In this document: positions 24,060 to 37,727 of the stretch, in pieces
How the letters are laid out: every line of letters begins with the position of its first letter
How positions within the stretch are numbered: position 1 is the stretch's first letter
Source of the DNA: Octopus sinensis
Taxonomy: Eukaryota
Reading direction: 5' to 3'
Assembly: GCF_006345805.1 (NCBI RefSeq)
Contig: NW_021826031.1
Location: 434,001 to 498,000, forward strand
Length of the DNA stretch: 64,000 nt
Position numbers and translations under genes: made by a program
The notes under the pieces: generated by a model
Told to the model about the DNA's origin: nothing
The model's input: only the letters and a program-made list of their open reading frames with translations
Databases searched by the model: none

Positions 24060-27000
24060 TATACTATTTTCCATACTAAATGGGATTAACACCAAACTAA
24101 GTGGGATTAGCAGAAAACTAAATTAGAAAAATTTTGGGGCCACGTTAGACCCCTTTTGGGTATTTTTATTATTAAGTTTATGAAATATCTGATTAGGGTG
24201 GATCCCTTCAAGCCTGAGGATCCTTTAAAGCCTGTGACATTTATTTTTCTAGAATCACATTATTATTTTTCATTTAAAAAGCGTGAAACATGAAATTTTA
24301 AATATTTTTCAATAAATTCCTTTCTCTTGATTTCGTTAATTTCGCAATTAGCTTTTTCAGGCTCGAATCTCACTTTCTTTAATGTATACAAACTTAGATC
24401 GAGATGTCGAGCGATACTTGATTTTGATATTGATAATTTTGGAAAAACTAATTCAAATTTTCGTTTTATTCCATGAAGGGTAATTGTGCTATCGTCTTCA
24501 ATGCATGATATAAAAAAGTCGACATGTTCTTTGTCAAACTTTTTTTTATAATTTCCACCTCTCGTGTCAGGTTTAACTCCATCCCTTATCCAACGATATG
24601 CTGTTGTTCTCTAGATATTGAGTTCAATTGCTGTTTTTTTTCAATCCCCACCTGATTCTGCAGCTGAAATTAAATGTATTTTATTTCTATGCATTTGATT
24701 TTTCTCTTCAATGATTTACGTGGAATTTTTATTTGCTGCGTCGAAATATAATATTTATAAGACAAGAGAGACAAGACAAGTTTTATTTCCCAACAAACCC
24801 ATAAATTAATGTTAGGGAAAAAGCCAAGAGCAGAACAAGAGGCTAATGAATGTGGGTTTGATTTCATTGTATAGGGTCATTTTATGAGACACCACATGTC
24901 TCTTCTTTGCATATACCCAAAAGAAAAAATTACATCATAATTTCCACAAGTGATGTAACAAATCTTCTATCCTTCTGACTTTAACGTCATAAGCATCTTC
25001 GATTTTTGAATTTAAGTCCAATCCAAATGCCAATTTAATAGCAAATCTTATGGTCTTTTCCAATTTTTTCACAAAAATGCTACTTTCTTCGGACTATACC
25101 ATCCTTGATAGCCATATATCAAGAATGGCTCAATACTTGTAGAATACACAAAAAGGAAAGTTTCAGGCTCCAAATGAATTGAGTAAGGATTTCAACATCC
25201 TGTAGCTTTCTCTCTTCGTGATCCTTAAAAGATCCTCTTCGATCTATCGATACTCCGAGATACTCAAGTTTTCCAGAGTTTTTATATCTCCTGTATTTAC
25301 ATATTCATCGATATTTTTCTTTTACTTGCAATCCATGTGACTGTGATTTTCTTTGACAGAGTCAACCCATTGTTTTGGCACCACCTCCAATATTTTTTAT
25401 ATGGGTTTCTACCCTTTTCATGAAATTTGCTTACTTATGCTTGAATCAAGCACACAAAATGTCATCAACATAAATAATCATACGACTATTTATGCTCTCG
25501 GTTTTTGGTAACTCACTCATTACACAATTTGAGAGTAGCGGACTGAGAATTGACCCTGCGGAACCCTCTTCGTAATTCAATTTTCTTAGAAATTAGATTT
25601 CAACACGTATATACGACCTCCTTCTTGAAAGAAAGTTTTCTATCCATAATAATGCGGTTTTCCCAATTCCTGCTTTTGACAACGTATCAAGAAGTCCGTA
25701 GTGCCAAACACTGTCAAAGGCCTTCGTTATATCCAAGCACGCTATTGTAAGAAATTCCTTTTTTCTCCTCGAAATATCAATTGCAGATCTTAGCTCTCTG
25801 AGACAATCTCCAGTCCCTTTTTTATGTCGAAAACCCAATTGATTGTCAGAGAGAAAATTATTATCCTCAACAAGCCTTGAGAGACGATTGAAAACAATTT
25901 TCTCCATAATTTTCGAAATTGAGCAGATTAAGCTAATTGGCCTATAGCTATCTGCTTTTGACTTAGGCTTTCCTTTTTTCACGACCTTACGTACAATTGT
26001 TCGTTTCCAGGTAGACGGAACATGTCCAAAACTCCACGAAGAATTGTATAATATATTTAGTAATCCAACTAAAATCTGGTCCGCATTCTTGAAGATATTC
26101 ATTGGGATAAAATCCCATCCTAGTGCTTTATTTTTGCAATCTTTTATCGCAGTATTTATTTCTTCTTGTGCTATAGCTTGGCACAAGGGACTATTCAGTT
26201 TCGACGTTTCTTTATAGTTACTTCTTGTATTTTGCACTACTTGTAGAATAAAGGTGGCTGGATCAGTCTCTTGAATTCTGGACAATTGTTTACGTAATAT
26301 ATCCGGTATTTCTTCCTTTGGAATAGTAAAACCATCATCTGATTTCAGAGAAATTTCTTCTTTTTTATTACTTGGCAAAACCATTCTTGCAAATAGTTTC
26401 CAAAATTTTTGATTCTGTCGATGTAGCTTTGAACATTCTCTTTTCCATATTTTTTTCATATTTACAACATCCATTATTTTCCTCTTTATTAACTTGATCT
26501 GGATTTTAAGTTCTTGGGAGTCAAAGAAATCCCAACACCTCTTTAACTTATTTTCTAATTTATTCTTCTCCTGACGTAGAGAACGTTCTTCTGCTCCTAT
26601 TATTATATTCTCCTGCGGTAGGAGATTTTTTCTTTTTCCATAATTTTCCAGATAATTTAGTAATAAGCATCTTAATTTGTTATCCAGGTTATCGATATCT
26701 TTCGGTTTCGAGATCCTCAAAGAATCTATACCACCAAGTTTCATTCTGATGAAAAAATTGAAGTGATTCCAATCAATTCTACTAATATCATATCCAACGA
26801 ATATATGCTGTGTGTGAACCGGGCCAGTTCTTAATTCAATCGTTTGTGGAATGTGATCACTTCCTACGTCATTTTCAATATATGGAGGATTGCACATTTC
26901 ACTCATCTTTTGAGGCATTATGAACAGTCCAAGTCTATCACCACTATAAGTTGCATAGTGATTTATTTCTGCCGACGTCAATATTTTCAGTTCTCCTGAT

Positions 27001-27170
27001 TTCATCCACTTTACAAGACATTTTCCATTTTGATTTGTTGTAACACATCCGTAATCAACATGCTTCGAGTTCAAATCCCAAACCAAAATCGGATTCACGT
27101 TTTTGTTAAAGAATTCGTCAATAACCTATTGTTATCCATCCAATATTTGTTTGTATTTGAACGCTGACTA

Positions 27171-29543
27171 ACCATTTACAAGTCAATTTTGCAGCTGAGA
27201 ACATCATTTTTGCAATCTGGAATTAAATTTGCAGTCAAGAATGGCAATTTTGCATGTAAGAATCCGGTTGCGGTTAGGAAATCATTTTTGCAAATAGTAA
27301 ATGAATTTTGCGACTGGGGAAAACCAATTTTGCAATCAAGAAAATAAATTTGCGGTCATGAAAACCATTTTTGCAAGTGAGAAATTCTATTTTGCAAGAA
27401 ATTTTTATTACAAATAAGAATTGTCAGTTAAATCTTCACATCGAATAACTGAGGGGTAATATCTCTCCACATGATTCGAGAATTCCATTAACTTTTGTGG
27501 AGTTAATACTTCTTTTGCCTCAATTGCAATCCTTTCCAAGATTCTCATTCTGAATTCGGTTATTGACAGTCCTCTGCATTTTTTTTATAATTTATAATTA
27601 TATCCATATTTTCACGAATTCTCTTTTACTTCAGCTTTGAATGAACTCCAAGCAAGTTCTATGGGGTTGATTAAATAAGAATATGGCGCTAGTCTTAATA
27701 ATTCACTATTTTCTCCTGGATTTATTACAGACTCAAGTTGACTGTGAATAGGAGCATTATCAATTACGAATGTTGGATGTGTAACTCCTGATGCATCACA
27801 TTCATTAATAAGTTGCCTAAACCATGTTTTACAGGACTCCCCTGTATATGAGCCTCTTCTGCACTTAAAATTATATATTTGTGACGATGACATTGCAGCT
27901 ATACAATGTAAATTTTGACCCTCTGACTGGGTGCAAGAACAATAGACCGACACCAATTTTTGAACGTCCTTCTTTTACGACGACAAAATAAATTAAAATT
28001 TGACTCATCTATCCAAATTATAGTTCTTCCTTTAGATCTCGCATTCAAAGGACGTGTAAATACTCCATTCTTTTATTTTATTCCTCTGTATTCATGTTTA
28101 TTGTGACTGGCCGAATTGATTTCAATGAAATAAATGTCCATCAAGCCAATTTTTTACTGTATTTACACAAAAGTAACATTGAATTGAGCTTGAATTTTTT
28201 CAGTACATTCGACCAATGAGATCTGGCAATCGCATTCAATCCAAGTTAATAGAGCAGATATAATTTCTTCACTTTTTTACTCCAAATCTTTCCTCCTTTA
28301 GGAAAGTAATTCAATTTTTTTATTTTAATCCAATAATATGCGGTCCTTTCTTTCACTCCAAAGACCTGCATAAAGAGCGCCAATCTCCATCTCTATCGTG
28401 TGGTCTATGATCAATTCCGTTTTTCCATTGAATATTCCGTAATGTCCTCTCCTTGTCTGTTTATGCAAATGTCTTCTGTACCATTTTCTTGTGAATTTTC
28501 GGAGACTTCTCGATTTTGTGTTATTTTTAATTAATTTAAACGCAAAAATACTTTATATATTGTTTAAAACGCATTAATGTTGCGTCAAGGTTTACAAAAG
28601 AATTTGCAAAATTGGAATTTCCTGCTAGCAAAGGTAGTATTCCTACTAGCAAAATCGATTTTCCTAGCCGCAATTTCATTCCCCACTTGCAAAACTTCCG
28701 TTGGCGTCCAATGGTCTGCTTATGGAAGACGAAACTATACGTATCGGAGTGTGTCTTCGACTTGGACTTGAAATCTGCAACCTCACCGTTGTCGCTGTGG
28801 TTTTTTGATTCCTTCGAACGGTTTACACGCATTGTCCTGTAGGAGGAGTGCTGGCCGATTTCCCCGCCACGTCCTCCTCAATGAAGTGGTGAAAAGGGCT
28901 TTGGATTCTGCGGGATTCCATCGACCCTTGACCTATTGGGCTCTGCCGCAGTGACGGAAAGCGTCCTGACGGGATGACTATATTCCCCTTTAGAGGAGGA
29001 AGGGATGTTTTGGATGTAACTTGCGTCGACTCCTTTTCAGATACTGTGCTCACAGGAACAGCCAGTACACCAGGCTACGCATGTGCGCTGGCAGAAGAAA
29101 GGAAGTTGACGAAGTACGCTGTGCTTCCGAAACGTCGTTGAGTTTGTCCCCCTAGCCTTTGAGACCTCCGGTGTGGTTGGAAAGAAGGTAGAAAATCTGT
29201 TGCGGGTTGTGGGAGGAAGAATCTCACAGAATACAAATGACCGGAGGGAGACGAGCTGGCTTTTCCAGCGCATCTCGGTTGCAATTCTTCGCGGGAACTG
29301 CCTCTCTATCCGCAGTGCTTCGTCGTCGGACTAACCCTCAAGTTCACGACATTAATTCTCTATTAATTATATTGTACATTAAAAAAACTTGTTTTACTTG
29401 CAAAACCGATTTTATGACCGCAAATTAATTTTCTTGATTGCAAAATCGATTTTCTTAACCGCAAAAATCATTTCTTATTTGCAGGAATGAGTTTACTGAC
29501 CGCAAATAAATTTCGTACTTGCAAAATAGAGTTGTAAATGGTA
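27171..29543 (-). mobile_element. IS630/Tc1-like element (TACCATTTAC subfamily) with decayed DD34E transposase
   Basis: TIRs (T)ACCATTTACAAGTC / GTTGTAAATGGTA; subterminal TTTGC repeats with about 21-bp period; WIDES, IDNAPIH, LAPYSYLINPIELAWS. Confidence 0.85.
28698..29387 (+). mobile_element. CRE-clade retrotransposon 3' end (zinc knuckle plus RLE endonuclease)
   Basis: LRLGLEIC...HALSCRRSAGRFPRH...DGKRPDGMT...DVTCVDS...FETSG...WLFQRISVAILRGN, poly(A). Confidence 0.9.
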
Positions 29544-30117
29544 TAGTTCACATACATCTTCTTAAATATTCTAGCCCTCTTTGTCTTCAAATTAGTTTCT
29601 CCTTTATAAATCCCATTTAGTTCGTTATTAATCCCATTTAGTTTGATGTTAATCCCATTTAGTTTTCTGCTAATCCGATATTGTTTGATGTTAATCCCAC
29701 TTAGTTTGATGTTAATCCCATTTAGTTTTCTGCTAATCCGATATTGTTTGATGTTAATCCCACTTAGTTTGGTACTAATCCCATTTAGTATGGGAAATGG
29801 TATAGTCAGGATATCCTATTCTCAGTTGTTATCTCTGTGTCTAGTAATTCAATCCTCTGATATTGAATGTTAGAGTAGAGAACCAGATAAGATTAGTCTA
29901 ACGTAAGAAAGAGTCATGATAGTTATCTAAAGCTAATCACTAAGGAACAGACACAATCTCTAACGGGCAGGAAGTGAGATACTTATGATTGTTCTTGCCC
30001 GGTATTTATAGGATTGTCGATCATGATCCTGTTTATGCTGCTCATAATAAAGTTGACCTACTGAGGATAGGCCAAAAAATTCTCTAATTAGTAATATGTC
30101 CTAAACTCGTGTATATA

Positions 30118-31589
30118 CACCCCTCGTCACCGAAAACCGGACAAGCCATTTTTTATGATTTTATTAATTAAATACGAAAAATCAAAAACTTACGCTTAAT
30201 ATTTTTACTTAATAATAATAATTGTGTAATAATTATTAATTATACTATTATAGAACTAATATTTAAAGCAGAATTTCAATTTACTTAAGACATGTAAAAC
30301 CGGACAAAACTTTTATAGATCTAAAAGTCGTTGAAAAGAAGCTAAAAATGTATAGTCAAAGAAGAAGTCACCTTTCAGATTTCCTGAAAGGACAAATTAT
30401 TGCATTTTATAATCATAATATGACTTATCAAGTGATTTCTGCAAGTATAGGAGTCCCAAAATCAACTGTATCAGATGTGATTCAGAAATTCAAAAAACTG
30501 GATCAATTAACATACATTCGGGAACTGAAAGAAAGAAAATATTGATAGAGGAAGAAATTTTGATTTTAGTAGAACTATCAAATAATACCCCTCATAAAAG
30601 TGCCAAAACTCTTAGCATCGAAATTAAAACTATGTTCAAAAAAAATTTCAACAAGAATAGTATCTCGAATTTTAAATAAGAAAGGATTATATGGTTGAGC
30701 TGGTAAAAGAAAACCTCTTTTATCCACAAAAAATATAATTTTAAAACGTGAAATTACGAAATTATTTTTAAGCATTTCCGACGAGACATGGAAGTCGGTA
30801 ATTTTTATTGATGAATGGTCTTTTGATATTTTTAATATCAATAAGCATCAAATAGTGTATAGAGAAAATGGTTCTGCATACAAAAAATGCAATATTATCC
30901 CAACTGTAAAATTCGGTGGCGGAAAAGTAATGGTCTGGGGCAGTTTCTCGTATAACGGAGTCGGTAATCTTGTTTTTATTGATGAAATTCTTAATAGCGC
31001 AAAATATATTAATATTTTATCTAATAATATATTCGAATGTGCCAAAAAATTCGGGATAGACTTATTTATTTTACAACAGGATAATGCACCTTGCCATAAA
31101 TCTAAAATGATCTAAAATGATACAAGATTATATTAAAGAAAAAAAACATTATTTAACTTCAATGGCCTGCTCGATCACCGGATCTAAACCCGATAGAACA
31201 TCTATGGACAGAAATGAAGAGAGAATTATCAAAAAATGTAGTCAAAAACAAAAATGAACTAAAGGAAAAATTAACAGAAATATGGAATAATATATCACCA
31301 GAATTATTGAAAAAACTAGTAATGTCTATGAAAAATAGATGTTATAAATTTTCAGTGCAAATGGTGGACATATTAACTACTAAATGACTTGTTTTTATTT
31401 TGTCCGGTTTTTACATGTCTTAAGTAAATTGAAATTCTGCTTAAATATAAGTTCTATAATAGTATAATTAATAATTATTACACAATTATTATTATTAAGT
31501 AAAAATATTAAGCTTAAGTTTTTGATTTTTCATATTTAATTAATAAAATCATCAAAAATAGCTTGTCCGGTTTTCAGTGACGAGGGGTG
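30118..31589 (+). mobile_element. Tc1 element with about 195-bp IR/DR-type TIRs; frameshifted transposase
   Basis: TIR CACCCCTCGTCAC..AAAACCGGACAA with TA TSD; FIDE, QQDNAPCHKS, WPARSPDLNPIEHLW. Confidence 0.92.
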
Positions 31590-31785
31590 TATTTAACAAT
31601 TTGTTAGCCATGTTGTTGATAAACTTGTAAAATATTTTTTTATAAAAAATTAGTAATTTAATACAATAAAGTTCCACCATACATTTAATACAGTGAACAT
31701 AACAATTTAACTGAATTTTGAAAGGATTCAATTTGTCTAATATATTTGATTATTATTTAAAAATAAAATATACCGACGTGGCCTT

Positions 31786-33770
31786 ATGTTCTGGTTCTAT
31801 TGTGGTACTCTTGATTTGCCGAATAACCTTTAGTTACTCTGACTATCCTTACGTGGGTACTTCCTTCGAAAGGCAGTACAAGAACCAATCAGTTTCTGTC
31901 TCAGTCTGACATTGAGCGTATCCAAGGAGTAGTCGAGACTAACATACGAAGTGGTGACATTAACAAAATATTCCATTCTATACTCGCAATCAACACAGGA
32001 CTGATTAAACTCCCCAAATATTCTGTTTTGATTTGTTTTGAGTATTTTAGTTAAATAAATCTTCACTCAATCTCAATGGCACTTCAGCCTCGATGTACGG
32101 ATAATTGTGACCCTTGGTACCTATTTTAGTGATAAATCTATGCTCAAGGTATTTAATTAACTAATTAGCTCTAATTAGTCGCTGGATATGCCAGGAATGA
32201 TGGCGAATGCACTGGCATCTAATGATCTTCAAGAAATGTTGGATGCCTTTATCGCGTATGACCAAGCTGGGTTGAAGGGTTTACTTTTTCTCTATATTTT
32301 AGTCCCTTTGGATAAATTTCAAACAAGTTTGACCAAACTCAGTCTTGCTGACTCTCAGAGGTTATTCTACGCTAAATTATGTTTTTAGAATTGTCTCTGC
32401 TTTACTTTTATCAAGCTATCTTCCCAATATGGAAGAATTTGCTTCTGGAATTTTCGAGAAGTTTCTTTCAAAGTTTAAAGACTTTTCACAAATTCCTCTG
32501 ACTTTAACTCCTCAATTGGTCCAAGCTATTTATCAAAGTCCGTATCTCTCACCTTCCCCTCAATTTGTTATTTTTTTGGTGAGGAATCTCATTTCCACTC
32601 GATATTCGATTTCTCCGGCTGTTTTGGCCTCATTGCTCACATCCGTTGGCTCAATCCAGCAGTCTCGAGTATTCCTTAATGTAATCAATTCCCAGATCAA
32701 CCAACCTGTTGACATATCTGTACAATTTTTGGAAAGTAGTCGTATTAGTCTGTCAGTTGTTGATATTTTGGGAAAACGTGTTGATATATCCAAAGTTTGT
32801 AGTTTTGGTGATCAAGTTACTCAACTAGTGGATAGTGGTAGTGGGTATGTCTTATATATTACTCTCAGTATGTTTGTGGGAGTCCTTTCATCTACTGAGG
32901 AGATCTCGTGTAATGTTATTCCCAATAGTACATTCATTCCATTTGATCGGACCTTCAAGACGAATTTGGTTTATACTCCTTCATTGGATTTGGTGAGTTT
33001 CCGTGTCGGGGGAAAGAATGTGGTGAATAGAGGAGAGATAGTGACGATGGGGGAGTCAATTAGTCTATCCTTCAGTGTGCCTCTTCCATTCAGGCTTGAA
33101 CAGACATTTGTGCAGTTTGTAAATGGAAATAGTCAAATAACATATTTGCCTGACTTCCGTTCCCAAATTTTCTCGTTTAATTTGGTTTGTGTTGTTTCTT
33201 GACTGAGTAGAGTTATGAGAATGCAATGGACCAGTTTCGGGGTCGTTCGGGAGAATATTCAATGCGAGTTATTGTTGGAGGAGTCGACATGGATTCCCAA
33301 CTAATCCAAAATATTGCGACTATTCGCTTTGATTTGAGTGAAATAAACGTCGGCAGAGGGAGGTTTGAACCTGGGAGACTGCACACGCATACGTTCAAGC
33401 AGCCACACAAACAGCCACCTATTTCTGCAGCTATTTTCTTTTCGGCTGCGGCGTGTGTCCCTGCACTTGTTTTGCTTGTTTATGTTTGCTTGGGTATTTA
33501 TTAATTTAGTGGTGTTGTGTGGGGTTGAGGATTGTCTTTATCCCTTCATTTTTGTCGTTTTATGTGTCTTATGGAGGTTTTGGTTTCTATTGTTAGATGT
33601 GTAGCTATTTTGTGCTTGTATGGACTGTATTGGACGTCTCTCAACATGTTTGAGACGCTCAGATATCTCGTCGTCTTGTCAATGCCTACTGTCTTTTTTG
33701 GGTCTCGTGTCTTAAGATATTTGGCCACTAGGAGGTTTGCTTTTAATTATATTCTTTTAGGAAAGTCTAA
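31786..33770 (+). CDS. RPN2: Ribophorin II (OST subunit), 10 introns, about 568 aa
   Basis: Signal peptide, FLSQSDIERIQ..IFHSIL, three C-terminal TM segments, YWTSLNMFETLRYL. Confidence 0.88.
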
Positions 33771-33825
33771 CTATTTTGTTTAATTCGTTAATCGGCGATT
33801 TTCATTTTTTGAGTTTAATTAGTAA

Positions 33826-34130
33826 TACTTGTTTAAATTGGTTAAAGTTTGTTGATCGGAAATTATGAGATGTTCTATAATTGTGGGGGACAATTAACTG
33901 TTTTTGACGTCTGAGTTAAATGTGTTTAAGTAAATTTATTGTAAGTTATGGAGTCCTATACTTCGGATTTGTATTAATTAGCACACAACGAAATATTTAT
34001 GCATCTAAAAGATGTTTTTAATCGCAAGCTTTGGGAATATTTACAGCTTTAAATTATTCTAGGGCCTAGACTCTAGGCGGATTAGTGCACTCGCTATCGT
34101 GAAGAACGTCTACTAATTGTTGATAAAGTC
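33826..34130. repeat. Direct repeat A (paired with 37728-37972)
   Basis: TGTTTAAATTGGTTAAAGT..GATCGGAAATTAT...GCGGATTAGTG...TACTAATTGT.GATAAAG shared by both copies. Confidence 0.85.
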
Positions 34131-34255
34131 CACAAATCAAGGACAACTATATTCGCTATAGCATAAATATATTCGGGTTTTTTTGAGATAAAACGACTAA
34201 TCTTTAGATAATTAGTGGTTAGTAGGATTAGTAAAATAAATTTTAAATAGAATTC

Positions 34256-35202
34256 TTAACTGTTTTTGGAGCAGGTATCACAGCAAAGAAGCTGGTTCCT
34301 CAAAGTGAACTTTTTATTTCGGAGAGAATGGTTACAGGAAAAGCAGTTGAAGCAGTCGGTATGCCAATTTTCGCCGTCTACATTGATATAACTGGAACCA
34401 CCCAAAGCTAAATTTGATAAATGCGGTCAATGCAATTACCCGATATAATCTGCTTGCACTTTGAACATTTTTTACCAAATGACTTGTCATAGCAAGAAAT
34501 GCAGTAGAAACTGGTGCCATTCATAGAAAAATTTTGATTCGAAATATTTCTACCACAAGTGGTACATACAAAACATTTTTCATGAAACTTTTTTTCGTTT
34601 GAAGTAACAATTTTGCCGTCAAGAAACTACACAGGTTTTTCACTCCTGTACCTTTTTGCATCCGTGACAAACCCCTGCTTTCTTTTGATGACACTGCGTG
34701 CAGGTAGGACCGTTTTCTGTCACGTAAAATCTATCTGTCCCAATGGAATTCCTGCATTTTGAACATTTGAAGCATTTTTCGTGATAAAGTTTGTCATTGT
34801 ACGTCATCTGGGATTCTCCTGAGAAATATTCGTATCACTCAACCTTCAGTGAATTTTTTATTGCAGCCACTGCACGACTTTGCAAATTTTTTTCGGTAGC
34901 ATGCATTACAGCAAAACTCGTTTTCCTTCTCCAATGGGTAAAATGAATTTGTGTCTATGGGACTTCTGCATATTTTACAGCGGAAACAGGTCGCATGAAA
35001 TGTAGAAGTTTTATAATTTAAAGACTATGAGATTTAAGTAAAAAAATTGTACGGATTCTCCAGGAGCTATTTTGGAATTGCACATACTACACTTTGTGGC
35101 GTATTTTCTGTCAAAGCATGACAAGCAAACTGATTGTTCGTCAATAGGTACATAGCTTTTTCCTGCCAACGATATCGAACATTCATTGCAAACTCTGCTC
35201 AT
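34256..35202 (-). CDS. FHL2: Four-and-a-half LIM domain protein, copy 2, 278 aa
   Basis: Same four introns and open frame as copy 1; differences are largely synonymous. Confidence 0.92.
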
Positions 35203-36141
35203 TTTACTTTGCGCCTCGAAATTGCATTTTAAAACGTATTTTAACGCATTTGGGACGTATTTTGATATGATAATATAAAAATAACATAATTTGTGCAAAA
35301 AATGAAATCACAAATTCATTCAAATTTCCACAATAATTAAACCACACTGAAACCTCATGAAATAACTTATCATAAAAAAACTATACACAACTTGCTTTGA
35401 AATGTAAAACATATTCAACTCCGGTTTTTCTTTGCGACATTTTTAAAAAATATTTGAGAAATCTTGCGAATGCTAAACAATTTATTCTTAACATAAATAG
35501 AACAGTTAACTCCGTTCAGACAGATTAGCTCATATTTTTTCTGATTGTAGTTCATTGATGTAAAAAGTTTAACAGAACTATAAAACTAACACGTGAATAA
35601 GGAGATTAAATTAACCATAAATTTTGTGGGAAATGTTTAAACAATCAAAAAACCAAAATATTCTCTTTTGGTTTTTAAAAATAAAAGATAGAGTCGACTG
35701 TTGCCTCTTTCAAGGAAAAGTGAACGATCTGAATGAGGCGTAAGTACATAAAAACAGCCTTCGAATTTGACTGTACAACTCGTTTATCAAACCAATTTTG
35801 TTTTAAAACGCGGGAACCTGGGGTCTACCCGCTAAGGAACTAGAACAGCTTAATTTTTCCACAGAAAACAATTGAGACTACTCATAGGTATTCGCCGGCC
35901 AAAAAAGATGAGCGACAAAGAACTCTCTAGCATAAATTTATGTCCACGAAGTGGATGCTATTTAGACATGTCCTAAGAACCTCGCAAAAAACGCAAGCCA
36001 ATCTTATTTCTGCGTACCAAACATAACAAAATATTGTATCTGCTGAATAAGATTACGACATTTTATCTTTTTAGATGCGTAGATGAACTTAATTGATTAT
36101 TTTCTTCCATGCCAGTCGATATTTCTTTTCAGAGTGATAAT

Positions 36142-37561
36142 TAGGGCAACCCAAAAATTGCATTTTAATAAAAAAAATTGCAAAAATGAATTTTAAAAAT
36201 TGTAAAAAATTGCAAAAATAATTTTTTTTAATTGTAAACATTACAGTATGCAAAAAATTAACGAAATTATTTATTGTAATAGGAAATCAAATATTCCTGA
36301 ACATTTTCAGGTTTAAAGTTCCTCTCTTTACTAAGAATTTCGTCAAAAAGAGTATTGCCCTTCGATAGATGCTGAACTTGCGCTACATTTTCTGAGATGT
36401 GAATAAACTTCTGGCGATAGATTCTTATTTGAGAATTCAAGAATACTTAGTATCCTGATTTCTCAAGCTTTTTTGATATATAGGATTTTATGTCGCATGG
36501 ATCTGATGTAAAGTCTAGGGTGTTTAGATCACCATAAGCTGTGCAATGGAGTAATCAAGCAATTCAGTATTTGAAATCATTTCAATTAATCCCAAATAAT
36601 TGAACTGATTTGGTTAAGCTTGGAAACAACGTAGGATTATTCACTGATTTTTTTTTGCCTAAAATAATTAAAAACTAAACATTTGGTATTAAAACTCCAT
36701 CTCCTTCAAATTCAGATACGATTTTAATAATTTCTGAAGAAATTCTGGGAGTAATATTTTGCTGCTTTTAGCCAGCTTCCCCATCTGTAACCACAACTTC
36801 GGGTGGATTTCCGATTCGTAAAAATCTCCAAACATCTCCAAAAACACATTCCCCACTATTGAATAACTTAAAAAAACAACAGTAAATGAGTCTGAATGGT
36901 ATTAATTTTATATTTTGATATTCTTTAACATTTAACCTGCAAGATGATTCAGATGGCAAAGGATATGTTTCCTGCTCAAAAGCCGTATGAGGGAAGGATG
37001 TCTGATTTTATAAATTGGTATGTTTGCCTCCAAAAACGCTTGTGTTACTTGATCCCCCAATCCTTTCGAGTATCCGTTATCGCCGAAAGAATGTTTGTGA
37101 ACTCTGAGATGAATTTGTCCATTCTATAAATTTAATTCAAAGAAATACTGTGTGCTTTTAAATGTTTTTTTGAAGAACGGTGCGCATCAACAAAAAATTT
37201 GTGTCACCCCGTACAACAGTGAGCAATTGGAGCAAAATAAATTCCCTTCACTGTCATAACAAACTCGGGGAATTTCTTTGCATAAAATGAAATTTTCTGT
37301 GACACTGTCCTTTACCCATTACAACAAACAACTAAACCACGTTTTAATAATCTTTTACTTATAATTATATTATTTTTAATAAAAAAATTTTTTTTTAATT
37401 AAAAAAAATTGCAAAAAATGTAAAATGACTACAAAAATTGCAAAAATTGCAAATTTAAATCGAATAAAATATAATTAAAATAATGTCTATTCATTACTTT
37501 ATTATTTATCGAATTTTAATTAAATTATATTTAATTGCAAAAATTGCAATTGGTTGCCCTA
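36142..37561 (-). mobile_element. hAT element (CGGBP1-like transposase family), deleted and decayed
   Basis: TIR TAGGGCAACC, perfect 8-bp TSD GTGATAAT, empty site at about 16832 in the paralog; QAFLEANIPIYK and ILSKERNFKPEN remnants; AAAATTGC subterminal repeats. Confidence 0.9.
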
Positions 37562-37727
37562 GTGATAATCTAAAGACATTATGGCCCACAAGCAAAGCAT
37601 TGTACTGTTTTTTGTTAATAGAAATTCGTTTTCCGCATCAATCGGGTCGTTATGCAATCATTATTTAAAAAGCAAAAAAAATGTTGATTATTTGGCCACT
37701 CAGAGTGGTAAAATGTTAAACAGCGAT

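Larger units (their letters stand above)
24761..29602 (-). mobile_element. APE-RT LINE (I/Jockey-like), interrupted at 27171-29543
   Basis: ORF 25593-27098: WDLN, GSDHIP, SYRPISLI, QLGFR, LDITKAFDSVWH; YVDD further 3'; AATAAA plus (CTTGT)n tail; TTTATAA TSD. Confidence 0.85.
24062..29802 (-). mobile_element. IS630/Tc1-like element (TACCATTTCC family), outer member of a nest
   Basis: Termini TACTATTTTCCATACTAAATGGGATTAAC / AATCCCATTTAGTATGGGAAATGGTA with TA TSD; 21-bp subterminal array at 29609-29790; transposase N-terminal remnant at 24300-24620; homologous to the MITE at 41325-42125. Confidence 0.8.
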
